From an uncultured Spirochaetaceae bacterium (GTDB taxonomy: Bacteria > Spirochaetota > Spirochaetia > DSM-27196 > SLST01): a DNA stretch of 61,480 nt. The position numbers were made by a program, and so were the translations under genes. Of the stretch, positions 10,029 to 18,498 are shown in pieces (positions within the stretch are counted from its first letter, which is position 1; each line of letters opens with the position of its first letter). The notes beneath the pieces are model-generated. The model was not told the origin of the DNA and searched no databases. It saw only the letters and a list, made by a program, of their open reading frames with translations. The stretch is taken from assembly GCA_964537725.1 (NCBI GenBank), contig CAZICD010000003.1, positions 5,120 through 66,599 of the forward strand, in the 5' to 3' direction.

Positions 10029-11567
10029 ATGCTCTCCATCGTAGAGATCATGGTGATGCAAAGACGAGTGCGCGAAACCATACGACTGATTCTCACCGGC
10101 CTTGCGGTGGCCGCTCTGGCAGGTTTCTCGGCGGACGCGTTTCTGCCGAGCGCTGAAGCCCAGAGTACCGACTCGGCGACAGAAACCGACGAGGGTTCAA
10201 TCACCCGAGACGGTTCCCTGTCACTCGAAACCCCCGCGAGCGACGAGGTCCTCTGGGCGTACCAGAGCGCCTTCCGCAGGGCCGCGCAGGAGGCGCTTCC
10301 GGTCGTCGTGAAGATCGACGTGGTTGACGTCGTCACGCAGCAGGTGCCCTCGCTCCAGAATCCGTTCAGCTTCTTCTTCGGCGATCGCGACGAGCCGGAA
10401 GTCCAGGAACGCGAGTACCGGCGCCCGGGGCTCGGGTCCGGCGTGATCGTTCGTCGTACCGGCGACAAGGTGTACGTGCTGACCAACGACCATGTCGTGG
10501 GAGATGCGGATGAGATCACCGTCAGTCTCCACGACAGCCGCTCGTTCGAAGCGTCGGTCGTAGGGACCGACGATCGGCGCGACCTCGCGCTCATCGTCTT
10601 CGAGACCCGGAGCGACGTTCCGGTCGCACGCCTCGGCGACAGCGATTCGCTCGCCGTCGGGGACTGGGTCTTCGCCGTGGGCAATCCGCTCGGCTTCGAG
10701 TCGACGGTGACCTCCGGAATCATCAGCGCCCTCGGGCGTCAGCCGGGTGCGGGAAGCCGGATCGCGGATCTGACCGATTTCATCCAGACCGACGCGGCGA
10801 TCAACCAGGGCAACTCCGGCGGGGCGCTCGTGAACCTCGCCGGTGAGGTCGTGGGGATCAACACGTGGATCGCGAGCCAGTCGGGCGGGAGCATCGGCCT
10901 CGGCTTCGCGATTCCCATCAACAACGCGAAGCGCGCGATCGACGAGTGGATTTCCACCGGCACCTTCCAGAATGGATGGATCGGGATCGGCTATGGCGGC
11001 TCGCTCACGAGCGAGGTGGCCTCCAGCCTGGGGCTGGGCGACCGCGACGGGGCGCTCGTGGGCAGCATCTACGAGAACTCGCCGGCGAGCCGCGCTTCGC
11101 TTCAGCCGGGTGATGTGGTTCGTCAGATCGACGGGCAGCGCATAGGCGGCTGGCAGGACCTCGTTTCGATCGTGGGCAATATACCGCCCGGCGAGACCGC
11201 GATGTTCCGGATCTGGCGGGACGGCCGGACCGTGACGACCACGCTGCGGATCGCGGCGCGCGTGGACGAGGAAATCGCGCGGACCGATTTCTGGCCCGGT
11301 CTGATCGCGATGCCGCTCTCCGACGAGATGCGCGAGAGCCTGGGGCTGCGAAACGAGCCGGGCTCGATCGTCATCGCGGAGGTGCTCGCCTCGGGTCCTG
11401 CGGCAGAGGCCGGGCTTCGTCGGGGGGACATCCTCCGGCGGATCAACGACGAGGAGGTGGATGACCTCGCGGCGTTCTACCAGGTGGTGAACGAGCGAGG
11501 CGATGACGAACTCGTGTTCCGAATCTCAAGACAGGGACGCGAGTTCGTCATCGGACTCATCCGATGA
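10029..11567 (+). CDS. htrA: HtrA/DegP-family serine endopeptidase with two PDZ domains
   Basis: Catalytic motifs TNDHVV and GNSGGALVN, plus a signal peptide (LILTGLAVAALAGFSA). The start is ambiguous between ATG at 10029, 10050 and 10056. Confidence 0.85.
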   Translation: MLSIVEIMVMQRRVRETIRLILTGLAVAALAGFSADAFLPSAEAQSTDSATETDEGSITRDGSLSLETPASDEVLWAYQSAFRRAAQEALPVVVKIDVVDVVTQQVPSLQNPFSFFFGDRDEPEVQEREYRRPGLGSGVIVRRTGDKVYVLTNDHVVGDADEITVSLHDSRSFEASVVGTDDRRDLALIVFETRSDVPVARLGDSDSLAVGDWVFAVGNPLGFESTVTSGIISALGRQPGAGSRIADLTDFIQTDAAINQGNSGGALVNLAGEVVGINTWIASQSGGSIGLGFAIPINNAKRAIDEWISTGTFQNGWIGIGYGGSLTSEVASSLGLGDRDGALVGSIYENSPASRASLQPGDVVRQIDGQRIGGWQDLVSIVGNIPPGETAMFRIWRDGRTVTTTLRIAARVDEEIARTDFWPGLIAMPLSDEMRESLGLRNEPGSIVIAEVLASGPAAEAGLRRGDILRRINDEEVDDLAAFYQVVNERGDDELVFRISRQGREFVIGLIR

Positions 11568-11587
11568 CAGAATACTCCTCTCCTTCT

Positions 11588-11628
11588 GGGCAGTCCCTGT
11601 GTCGTTGACCAGGGGCTGCCCCCTTTTT
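11588..11628 (+). terminator. rho-independent terminator downstream of htrA
   Basis: 12-bp stem GGGCAGTCCCTG / CAGGGGCTGCCC with one G-U pair and a 10-nt loop, followed by TTTTT at 11624..11628. Confidence 0.65.
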
Positions 11629-11633
11629 ATGCT
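11605..11633 (+). promoter_or_regulatory. candidate dusA promoter (TTGACC-17-TATGCT) embedded in the htrA terminator
   Basis: The -35 lies in the terminator loop/right arm. The -10 overlaps ATG 11629 and ends 7 nt before ATG 11641. Confidence 0.4.
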
Positions 11634-12708
11634 AACGGCGATGACGAGCGGACTCCGTGCCATTCCCGGTCCACGTGCCTCCCTCCCTCAGCGCGGACCG
11701 CGTCCCGCGATCGAGGCGGTCGGCGTGCCCACCCCGCCGGTGAGCATCGCCCCCATGATGGAGAAGACCGATCGGCACTACCGCTACCTCATGCGGCAGA
11801 TCACCAGACATACGTTGCTGTACACCGAGATGATCACAACCGGGGCGATTCTGCACGGTGATCGCGACTACCTCCTCGGCTTCGACGAGCTCGAGCATCC
11901 GCTCTCGCTTCAGCTCGGGGGCGACGATCCTGACGAGCTCTACCGCGCGGTCCGTATCGCGGAGGAGTACGGCTACGACGAGTACAACCTGAACGTCGGG
12001 TGTCCGAGCGACCGCGTGCAGAACGCCAACTTCGGCGCCTGTCTCATGGCCCGCCCCGCGCAGGTTCGCGAGCTCGTCGGGGCGATGCGATCGGCGACGC
12101 GACGACCGGTGACGGTCAAGCACCGCATCGGGATCGACGGCCGTGAGAGCTACGAACAGATGCGCGAATTCGTGGAGGTCGTCAACGAGGCCGAGCCGGC
12201 ACGATTCACCGTGCACGCGCGGATCGCCGTGCTCGGCGGGCTCTCTCCCAAGGAGAACCGCACCGTGCCGCCGCTGCGCTACGAGGACGTCTACCGGCTC
12301 AAGCGCGAGCTGCCCCGGCTGCAGATCGAGATCAACGGGCACGTCGGCTCGCTCGACGAGATCGAGTCGCATCTCGACCGCGTTGACGGCGTCATGGTCG
12401 GGCGCGCGGCGTACGACCATCCGTGGCTCTTCGCGGATGTCGACGAGCGTTTCTTCGGCGCCGACCACGCCGACCGGCCGACCCGGCGACGCGTCGTGGA
12501 CGGCATGGTGCCCTACCTGGACCGGTGGTGCGCCGCCGGCTGGCCCGCGAGGAACGTGCTGCGGCACATGCTCGGTTTGTTCGCGTTCTGCCCGGGGACC
12601 CGGAAGTACAAACAGGCGCTGAGCGGACCGCTGCCCGCCTCGAACGACGGAGCGGCGATGCTGCGCGACGCGGTCGCGCACCTGCGCCCCGCGGTCCTCG
12701 ACGCGTGA
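11629..12708 (+). CDS. dusA: tRNA dihydrouridine synthase DusA
   Basis: Motifs IAPMMEKTDRHYRYL and YNLNVGCPS. First ATG is 11629, but ATG 11641 is favoured by the promoter geometry. Confidence 0.85.
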   Translation: MLTAMTSGLRAIPGPRASLPQRGPRPAIEAVGVPTPPVSIAPMMEKTDRHYRYLMRQITRHTLLYTEMITTGAILHGDRDYLLGFDELEHPLSLQLGGDDPDELYRAVRIAEEYGYDEYNLNVGCPSDRVQNANFGACLMARPAQVRELVGAMRSATRRPVTVKHRIGIDGRESYEQMREFVEVVNEAEPARFTVHARIAVLGGLSPKENRTVPPLRYEDVYRLKRELPRLQIEINGHVGSLDEIESHLDRVDGVMVGRAAYDHPWLFADVDERFFGADHADRPTRRRVVDGMVPYLDRWCAAGWPARNVLRHMLGLFAFCPGTRKYKQALSGPLPASNDGAAMLRDAVAHLRPAVLDA

Positions 12709-13487
12709 GCGACGACCGCAGCGGCGAGTCCGACTGCCTGCACCGGATCCTCGCCGGATTGCGCGCGGGCGAGGTCCTCGACGTCGGCTGCGGGTCGGGG
12801 AGCTTCACGCGAGCGCTCGCCGACACGCTCACCGGCGCCCGTTCGATCATCGGCATCGATCCCGACAAGGACAGCGTTGACGAAGCGCGACGTCTCACCG
12901 ACGACAGGCGCGTGCGGTTCCGCGTGCTCGCCGGTGGTGAGACCCCCTTCGGCGACGAACGGTTCGACCTCGTCGCGATCTCGAACGCGCTCCATCACCT
13001 GGACGACCCGCGCGTGGTCCTCGACGACCTGCGCCGCATGGCACGGCCAGGCGGGTACCTCGTCGTGCAGGAGCTCGTCGGCGACGAGCTCGCGCCGGCG
13101 GAGCAGAACGGGCGTGACGTCCATCACTTCAAGGCGAGGATCGACCGCTTGCGCGGTCGCTCGCACGAGCCGACGCTCACGCGAAGCGCGGTGCGCGAGC
13201 TGGTCCGCTCGTCGGGGGGCGTCGTGGAGGAGGAGTGCGAGATCCGCGATCCGGGCGCAGACACGGGTCAGGCCGGGGCCGACGGCGAAGCGGTCGACGA
13301 GGCGCTCGCGTTTCTCGCCGAGTATCTGCCGTTCGCCGAGGGCACATCGGACTACGACGATCTCGCGCGCGAGGCTCAACGGCTCGCTGCCCGGCTTCCC
13401 GTGCACGGCATCGCGTCCCCGCCGCGCCTGCTCATTCGGGCTCGCTATCCCCGGAGTGGACCGGCTCGTCCTGCCCGCCGCGGCTGA
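12705..13487 (+). CDS. class I SAM-dependent methyltransferase
   Basis: GTG at 12705 forms a GTGA overlap with the dusA stop. Motif I is VLDVGCGSGSFT. Confidence 0.75.
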   Translation: MSDDRSGESDCLHRILAGLRAGEVLDVGCGSGSFTRALADTLTGARSIIGIDPDKDSVDEARRLTDDRRVRFRVLAGGETPFGDERFDLVAISNALHHLDDPRVVLDDLRRMARPGGYLVVQELVGDELAPAEQNGRDVHHFKARIDRLRGRSHEPTLTRSAVRELVRSSGGVVEEECEIRDPGADTGQAGADGEAVDEALAFLAEYLPFAEGTSDYDDLAREAQRLAARLPVHGIASPPRLLIRARYPRSGPARPARRG

Positions 13488-14037
13488 TCGATCCGACGAT
13501 TCTCACGAGCACGACGACCACGAAGACGGCGATGAGTATGACGGCGGGCAGCCGCACGTCGATCGCGACGAAGACCGTGATGCCGGCGACGGCAAACGCG
13601 GCGGCGCCCACGAAGCCGAGGAGCTTCAGATGCCGCCGGAGCGTCTCGCGCTGGACCCTCGCCGGTGAATCAACAGGATAGCGGACGAGCAATCGGTCGA
13701 GGTCCGTCGCGCAGACGAGCAGCCACATACCGACGACGGCCACCGGGAACAGTCGGAACGCGAGCCCCGCGAACAGCAGCACCCCCAGCACGACGAAGCT
13801 CCCCCCGACGAGGAGATCCGCGCGCGCGGCGATCCACCGCGCGGTCCGTGAGGGGCGGCGCGTGGTGCGAGCGGGGCGGCGAAGCGTTACCCAGAGGCCG
13901 GACGCCAGCAGCGCGGCGAAGGCGGCCGGCCACGCGCCGGAGACGACCTGCACCGCGATCGCGGCTGCGCCTGCGAGCGCGACCGACGCGGCAACCAGGC
14001 GTCGCGTCGTGGTGAGCGTGCGCTGCGCCGCGTTCAT
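13432..14037 (-). CDS. hypothetical multi-pass membrane protein (last gene of the small MoxR module)
   Basis: ATG 14037 forms an ATGA overlap with the DUF58 stop. About four hydrophobic helices. No recognisable motif. Confidence 0.6.
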   Translation of the reverse strand: MNAAQRTLTTTRRLVAASVALAGAAAIAVQVVSGAWPAAFAALLASGLWVTLRRPARTTRRPSRTARWIAARADLLVGGSFVVLGVLLFAGLAFRLFPVAVVGMWLLVCATDLDRLLVRYPVDSPARVQRETLRRHLKLLGFVGAAAFAVAGITVFVAIDVRLPAVILIAVFVVVVLVRIVGSISRGGQDEPVHSGDSEPE

Positions 14038-15314
14038 CGGTGACGGTGCCTCCACGTCGCGACGATCCCCCCGTACGCGCGAGCGACCGCGCTCCCGAGC
14101 GGAGAGCTCGTATCCCAGTCGATGACCGCGAGCCCGCGGTGGCGGAGGCGACGCAGCAGGACGGCACGCTGCAGTCGTGCGATGCGGGCGGCCTCGTGGA
14201 GCACCGGCGCGGCCCCGGCGTCCGGAGCGGGCGGCAGCGGATCGGGCGTCACGACCATGACGGCGTAGCCACCGGCCTGCAGGCGCTCGAGCGCAGCGGG
14301 GTCGTCCTCGGTGAGGGGACTCACGAGTATGACCTGGCTTCCGGCCGGAAAGAGTCGCTCGGGCAGCGCGTCGAGGCGGAAGAAAACGTGGCTCTCTCCC
14401 GGCTGCGCGCGAGCGATCCGGTTGAGGATCCGGTGCTTCTGCACGCGACCGAAGCCCGGCGAGAGCCAGTCGAGCGAGAGCCCGTAGCCGAGATAGCCGA
14501 CGCGGTTGCCCGCATCCACGATGACGTCGACCAGACTCGCCGCGGCGGTCGCGGCGGCGTCGAAGAGGTCCGCAGCGGCGCCGACCGGATAGGCCCTGCT
14601 GCGGCAGTCGAGCAGCACCGCGACGTCGGCGACGCGCTCCTGCTGGTACTCGTTGACGAAGAGCCTGTCGGCAGAGCGCGCGGAGGCACGCCAGTTGACG
14701 TGGCGCAGCGATTCGCCGCCGCGGTGCTCGCGAACGTCGAAGAACTCGGTGCCTTCCCCGCCGCGACGCGCGGGGTTGGTTCCGGCGTACACCAGCGTCC
14801 GCCGCGGTGCGATGGGTATGCGGGCGAGCTCCCGGTGATCGGGGAGCGTGATGAGCTCCTGCTGGATGTCGTAGGCTCGGACGGTCTCGCGCAGCGCGAG
14901 GTCGCCGCCCGTCTCGACCACGATCCGCTCGAACTCGTACGATCCGCGCGTCCCGACGACCGTGTACGAGAAGGAGAGCGCTTCACCGGTGTCCAGGCGC
15001 GCCTGTCCCCACGGTCGGCCGCCCACGACGCGGAGGCCATCCGGGACGAGGTCGCGCGCGACCACCTCCGCGAGCGGCGCTCCCGTGTTCTCCACGGTGA
15101 CCGTCACCCGGACCTCCTCCCCCGGGTTCGCGCGCTCGCGCTCGAGGCGCCGCGCAACCCGCAACTCGGCGCGTGGTCCGGCGAGGAGCCACGATCCGAG
15201 CACGTAGACGACGAGCGGCGTGGCGACGAGCATGAGCGTCCCCGAGAGTGTGACCAGGCCGGTGAAGATCACCGTCAGCGTCAGGCCGGTGACGGCGAGG
15301 AGCTGGTTTCTCAC
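14034..15314 (-). CDS. DUF58 (vWA-like) protein with N-terminal TM helices
   Basis: GTG 15314 forms a GTGA overlap with the MoxR stop. Motif RHVNWRASARSADRLFVNEY. The MIDAS position reads DCRSR, which is degenerate. Confidence 0.8.
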   Translation of the reverse strand: MRNQLLAVTGLTLTVIFTGLVTLSGTLMLVATPLVVYVLGSWLLAGPRAELRVARRLERERANPGEEVRVTVTVENTGAPLAEVVARDLVPDGLRVVGGRPWGQARLDTGEALSFSYTVVGTRGSYEFERIVVETGGDLALRETVRAYDIQQELITLPDHRELARIPIAPRRTLVYAGTNPARRGGEGTEFFDVREHRGGESLRHVNWRASARSADRLFVNEYQQERVADVAVLLDCRSRAYPVGAAADLFDAAATAAASLVDVIVDAGNRVGYLGYGLSLDWLSPGFGRVQKHRILNRIARAQPGESHVFFRLDALPERLFPAGSQVILVSPLTEDDPAALERLQAGGYAVMVVTPDPLPPAPDAGAAPVLHEAARIARLQRAVLLRRLRHRGLAVIDWDTSSPLGSAVARAYGGIVATWRHRHR

Positions 15315-16276
15315 GACTGCGCGATGACCGGCACGGGTACCGAGCCGATGATCGAGTCGACGACGTCCTCGGCGGCCTGCTCGCGCATCCAGAGCTCCGG
15401 TGATACGACGATCCGGTGGCGAAGCGCGACCGCAGCGCTCGCCTTCACGTCGTCGGGAATGACGAAGCCTCGACCGGACAACGCCGCGAGCGCGCGCGCC
15501 GTCTTCATGATCGCGAGCGACCCGCGCGGGCTCGCCCCGACGCTGACGCTCGTGTGCTCCCGCGTACGCCCCACGATGCGGACGATGTACTCCTCCAGAT
15601 CCGCATTGAGGTGGACCTCTTCGACGAGGTCGCGCATCGCGAGGATCTCCTCAAGCGTCGTCACCGGTTCCACCGTCAGCGCGTCCTCGCGTCGCTCGCG
15701 GCGTCGACGGAGAATCTCCGCCTCCGCGCGCGCGTCGGGATAGCCGACACTGAGCTTGACCAGGAATCGGTCGAGCTGGGCCTCCGGGAGCGGAAAGGTC
15801 CCCTCGTACTCGATCGGGTTCTGCGTCGCGAGCACGACGAAGGGGTCGGGCAGCGGCATGGTCTCGCCTTCGATCGTGACCTGCCCCTCCTGCATCGCTT
15901 CGAGAAGCGCCGACTGCGTCTTGGGCGAGGCGCGATTGACCTCGTCGGCGAGGAGGATGTTCGTGAAGATGGGACCGCGGCGCAGCTCGAAGGTTCCGGT
16001 CTCCCGGTTGTAGACCGAGCCTCCGGTGATGTCGCCGGGCAGGAGGTCCGGGGTGAACTGGATCCGGGTGAAGGACAGTTCCGTCGATTGCGCGAGCGTG
16101 CGCGCGAGCAGCGTCTTGCCCAGGCCGGGGTAGTCCTCGAAGAGGACGTGTCCGCCCGAGACGACCGCGGCGATCACCATTCTGATGACGTCGGACTTGC
16201 CGACGATCGCCCGCTCGACGGATTCGAGTACCCGTTCGCCGAAGGCGCGAACGGGGTTGAGATCGGGACTGCTCAT
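15311..16276 (-). CDS. MoxR-like AAA+ ATPase
   Basis: Walker A YPGLGKT, Walker B LLADEVNR, and LATQNPIEYEGTFPLPEAQLDRF. Confidence 0.9.
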   Translation of the reverse strand: MSSPDLNPVRAFGERVLESVERAIVGKSDVIRMVIAAVVSGGHVLFEDYPGLGKTLLARTLAQSTELSFTRIQFTPDLLPGDITGGSVYNRETGTFELRRGPIFTNILLADEVNRASPKTQSALLEAMQEGQVTIEGETMPLPDPFVVLATQNPIEYEGTFPLPEAQLDRFLVKLSVGYPDARAEAEILRRRRERREDALTVEPVTTLEEILAMRDLVEEVHLNADLEEYIVRIVGRTREHTSVSVGASPRGSLAIMKTARALAALSGRGFVIPDDVKASAAVALRHRIVVSPELWMREQAAEDVVDSIIGSVPVPVIAQS

Positions 16277-16707
16277 GAGACCTCCGTGATGGTTTCCAGC
16301 TCGTGCAGGATGACCTCGCAGCGTTCGGGAAGAACGCCGGATTCGGCGGTTGCCGCCGCTGCGGTGTTCTCAAGGTGCGCGACGATGACCGGCACGAGAT
16401 GTTGCGGGGCGCCGTGCTCGACGTAGTGACGGCACGCGTCGGTGGAGTAGCCCCGGTAGCCCGCGGCCTGGAGCAGCATCCCCAGGCAGAGCCGCTCGAG
16501 CTCCGAGGCCGCGAAGCGGTCGGATCGCGCGCGCTCCACGAGGCTCGCGTACCCGGCGAGCGCGCCGGGCGCGTTCGCGTTCGGCCGCGTCGACGCCGTG
16601 CGCGAGGCGCGCAGCGACAGGAGCGCGCGCACCGCGACGACGAGCAGCGCGGCGACCGTCGGATACCAGTAGATGCCCTGCGGCAGAGAGGCGAGGAAGT
16701 CAGTCAC
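16273..16707 (-). CDS. hypothetical protein with one N-terminal TM helix
   Basis: GTG 16707 overlaps the upstream stop by 8 nt, and the gene's own stop forms an ATGA overlap with the MoxR start. No recognisable motif. Confidence 0.55.
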   Translation of the reverse strand: MTDFLASLPQGIYWYPTVAALLVVAVRALLSLRASRTASTRPNANAPGALAGYASLVERARSDRFAASELERLCLGMLLQAAGYRGYSTDACRHYVEHGAPQHLVPVIVAHLENTAAAATAESGVLPERCEVILHELETITEVS

Positions 16708-17590
16708 GCCCGCGCTCCAGCGATCCGGCGATCACACGCAGGTGCTCCACCGCCTGTCGTTCCTCGTCGGGCGTGAGCTTCACGTCGCCGTAGCGCGCCT
16801 CCTCGAAGAGCCGCGTGAGCCCATCGGCATGATCCCGGGGGACTCCCGCGTCCACGAGGCGTCCGCTGAGCTCGCGCGGGGTGAGCGTGTGCGCGCGACC
16901 CGCGTGACGCGTGCGGCGATAGACCTCGAGCATGTCGCGGTAGCAGCGGATGACCGTCGCGAGCACGTCCTCGCCCGACTCCGCCCGCACGACGGCGGCG
17001 CGCGCGCTCTGCTCGACCGAGTCCTCATCCGGCGTGCGCCTGCGTACCGGCCACCGGATCCGCGGCCGAACGACGAGCACCACCGCGACGGCCGCCACTC
17101 CGGCGATGATCCAGCTCACGACTCCCGAGCCGGTCGGCGCCTCGGGCTCTACGTCCGCGGCGTCTTCTTCGTCCATCTCGTCGATGAGCGGTATCGCTCC
17201 GTCGCCGCCGGCGCCGTCGGTTTCGCCTTCTTCGAGCCGGGTCTCCAGCTCCTCTTGAGGCGGGGGCATACGCGTGATCACGAGCGCGGCGCCCATGCCG
17301 ATGACGACGAGCATGAGGGTGGAGAGCCGGTTTTCCCTGCGTGCGAGTCCGACGAAGAAGAGTACGATGGAGACCCCGGCGACGACGGAGACGACCCAGC
17401 CGATGACTCGGCCGTCGTAGTAGTTGCGCGACTCGCGCTCGCGGAGCTCGAGTACGCGCTCGACCGTATCGGCCACATCGGTCTCCAGACGCAGACCACG
17501 GCGCAACTCGAACCCGTCGAGCGCAACGGCGAGGAGCATGAAGCCGACGAGGAGTGCGGCGGCGAGCAGCAAGGGTCGGTGACTGGACAT
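16700..17590 (-). CDS. DUF4129-like membrane protein
   Basis: ORF 16700..18214 trimmed to ATG 17590. Four hydrophobic helices, an acidic linker, and a C-terminal TPRE...LFEEARYGD pattern typical of DUF4129. Confidence 0.65.
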   Translation of the reverse strand: MSSHRPLLLAAALLVGFMLLAVALDGFELRRGLRLETDVADTVERVLELRERESRNYYDGRVIGWVVSVVAGVSIVLFFVGLARRENRLSTLMLVVIGMGAALVITRMPPPQEELETRLEEGETDGAGGDGAIPLIDEMDEEDAADVEPEAPTGSGVVSWIIAGVAAVAVVLVVRPRIRWPVRRRTPDEDSVEQSARAAVVRAESGEDVLATVIRCYRDMLEVYRRTRHAGRAHTLTPRELSGRLVDAGVPRDHADGLTRLFEEARYGDVKLTPDEERQAVEHLRVIAGSLERGRD

Positions 17591-17617
17591 TCGCGGCACG
17601 GGTGATAAGAGTATACC

Positions 17618-18484
17618 ATGCAGGGAAGCCGGACAATGACGACGACCGAGAACCTGATCGACCAGCTCCAGCGACGCGTCGAAGCCGACGGTACGTGGGA
17701 GGTGAGCTCGGACGAGCTCGCCGACCGCTTCGACACCGTGGACTACTACCGTGCGGTCTACGAGGCCGCGCAGGTCAGCGTGGACATCTACACCCCCGAT
17801 AACGTGGGAGAGTTGCTCGTGCTCCTCGACCACCTCACCGGGCGTGACTACCGCGAGGCGTTCCGCGAGGCCGGGCTCTACCTGACACACGAGGATCGTA
17901 TCGATCTCACCGAGCGCTTCACGCGCACCGTCCGACACAAGATCGTCCTGCACACGCCGGAGCCCGAGACCTTCCGCGCGATGCTGCGCGAGTTCCGACG
18001 CTACGACCGGGCGGAGTTCCACTACCTGAGGACCTTCTTCGACACCGACGAGCTCGTACGCCGCTGTACCGACGAGTACCTCGAGTCGCGCGCGGCGCCC
18101 GCCCTCGAAGCGACGGTGGACGCCTACCTTCGCCTCCTTCTCCAGCGCCACATCGTCGACCTGCACACGCTCGCGCCGGCGCTCATGGAGATCCTGCGCA
18201 CGGTCGCGCGCCACGAGGGAGCGCTTCCGGGTGCCGACCGCGGGGACGACCGCGGGGACGGAGAGGACGACGCGGGAGAGCGCCGCCCGTCAGCCGGGGC
18301 TGCCGACGATCGCTCGTGGGCGCTCCGGGTCCTTGGACTCTCGGCGCGCGACCCGTCGCCGAACGAGATACGCGATCAGTACCGCAGGCTCATGCGGCGC
18401 TACCATCCGGACATCAACCCGGACGGTCTCGAGGCCGCGAAGGAGATCAACGAGGCCTACGGCGTCTTGATCGACCGCGCGTAG
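17618..18484 (+). CDS. J-domain protein (C-terminal DnaJ domain, uncharacterised N-terminal region)
   Basis: C-terminus reads [16 protein letters not shown]...[11 protein letters not shown], with the HPD tripeptide. The alternative ATG at 17636 follows AGGGAAG. Confidence 0.8.
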   Translation: MQGSRTMTTTENLIDQLQRRVEADGTWEVSSDELADRFDTVDYYRAVYEAAQVSVDIYTPDNVGELLVLLDHLTGRDYREAFREAGLYLTHEDRIDLTERFTRTVRHKIVLHTPEPETFRAMLREFRRYDRAEFHYLRTFFDTDELVRRCTDEYLESRAAPALEATVDAYLRLLLQRHIVDLHTLAPALMEILRTVARHEGALPGADRGDDRGDGEDDAGERRPSAGAADDRSWALRVLGLSARDPSPNEIRDQYRRLMRRYHPDINPDGLEAAKEINEAYGVLIDRA

Positions 18485-18498
18485 CGGCGAACCGCTAC
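18481..18498. terminator. 7-bp hairpin with a CGAA loop spanning both convergent stop codons
   Basis: GTAGCGG-CGAA-CCGCTAC. It contains the TAG of the J-domain gene (18482..18484) and the TAG of the GGDEF-EAL gene (complement of 18495..18497). No U-tract follows. Confidence 0.3.

Noticed and set aside
14040-15743. 567-aa plus-strand ORF antisense to DUF58 and MoxR
   Set aside because: Shadow frame. The minus strand carries Walker A/B and DUF58 motifs and neat 4-nt gene junctions.
16700-18214. 504-aa version of the DUF4129-like gene overlapping the J-domain gene
   Set aside because: The extra 208 codons mirror the J-domain gene, whose own translation has normal composition and an HPD motif.
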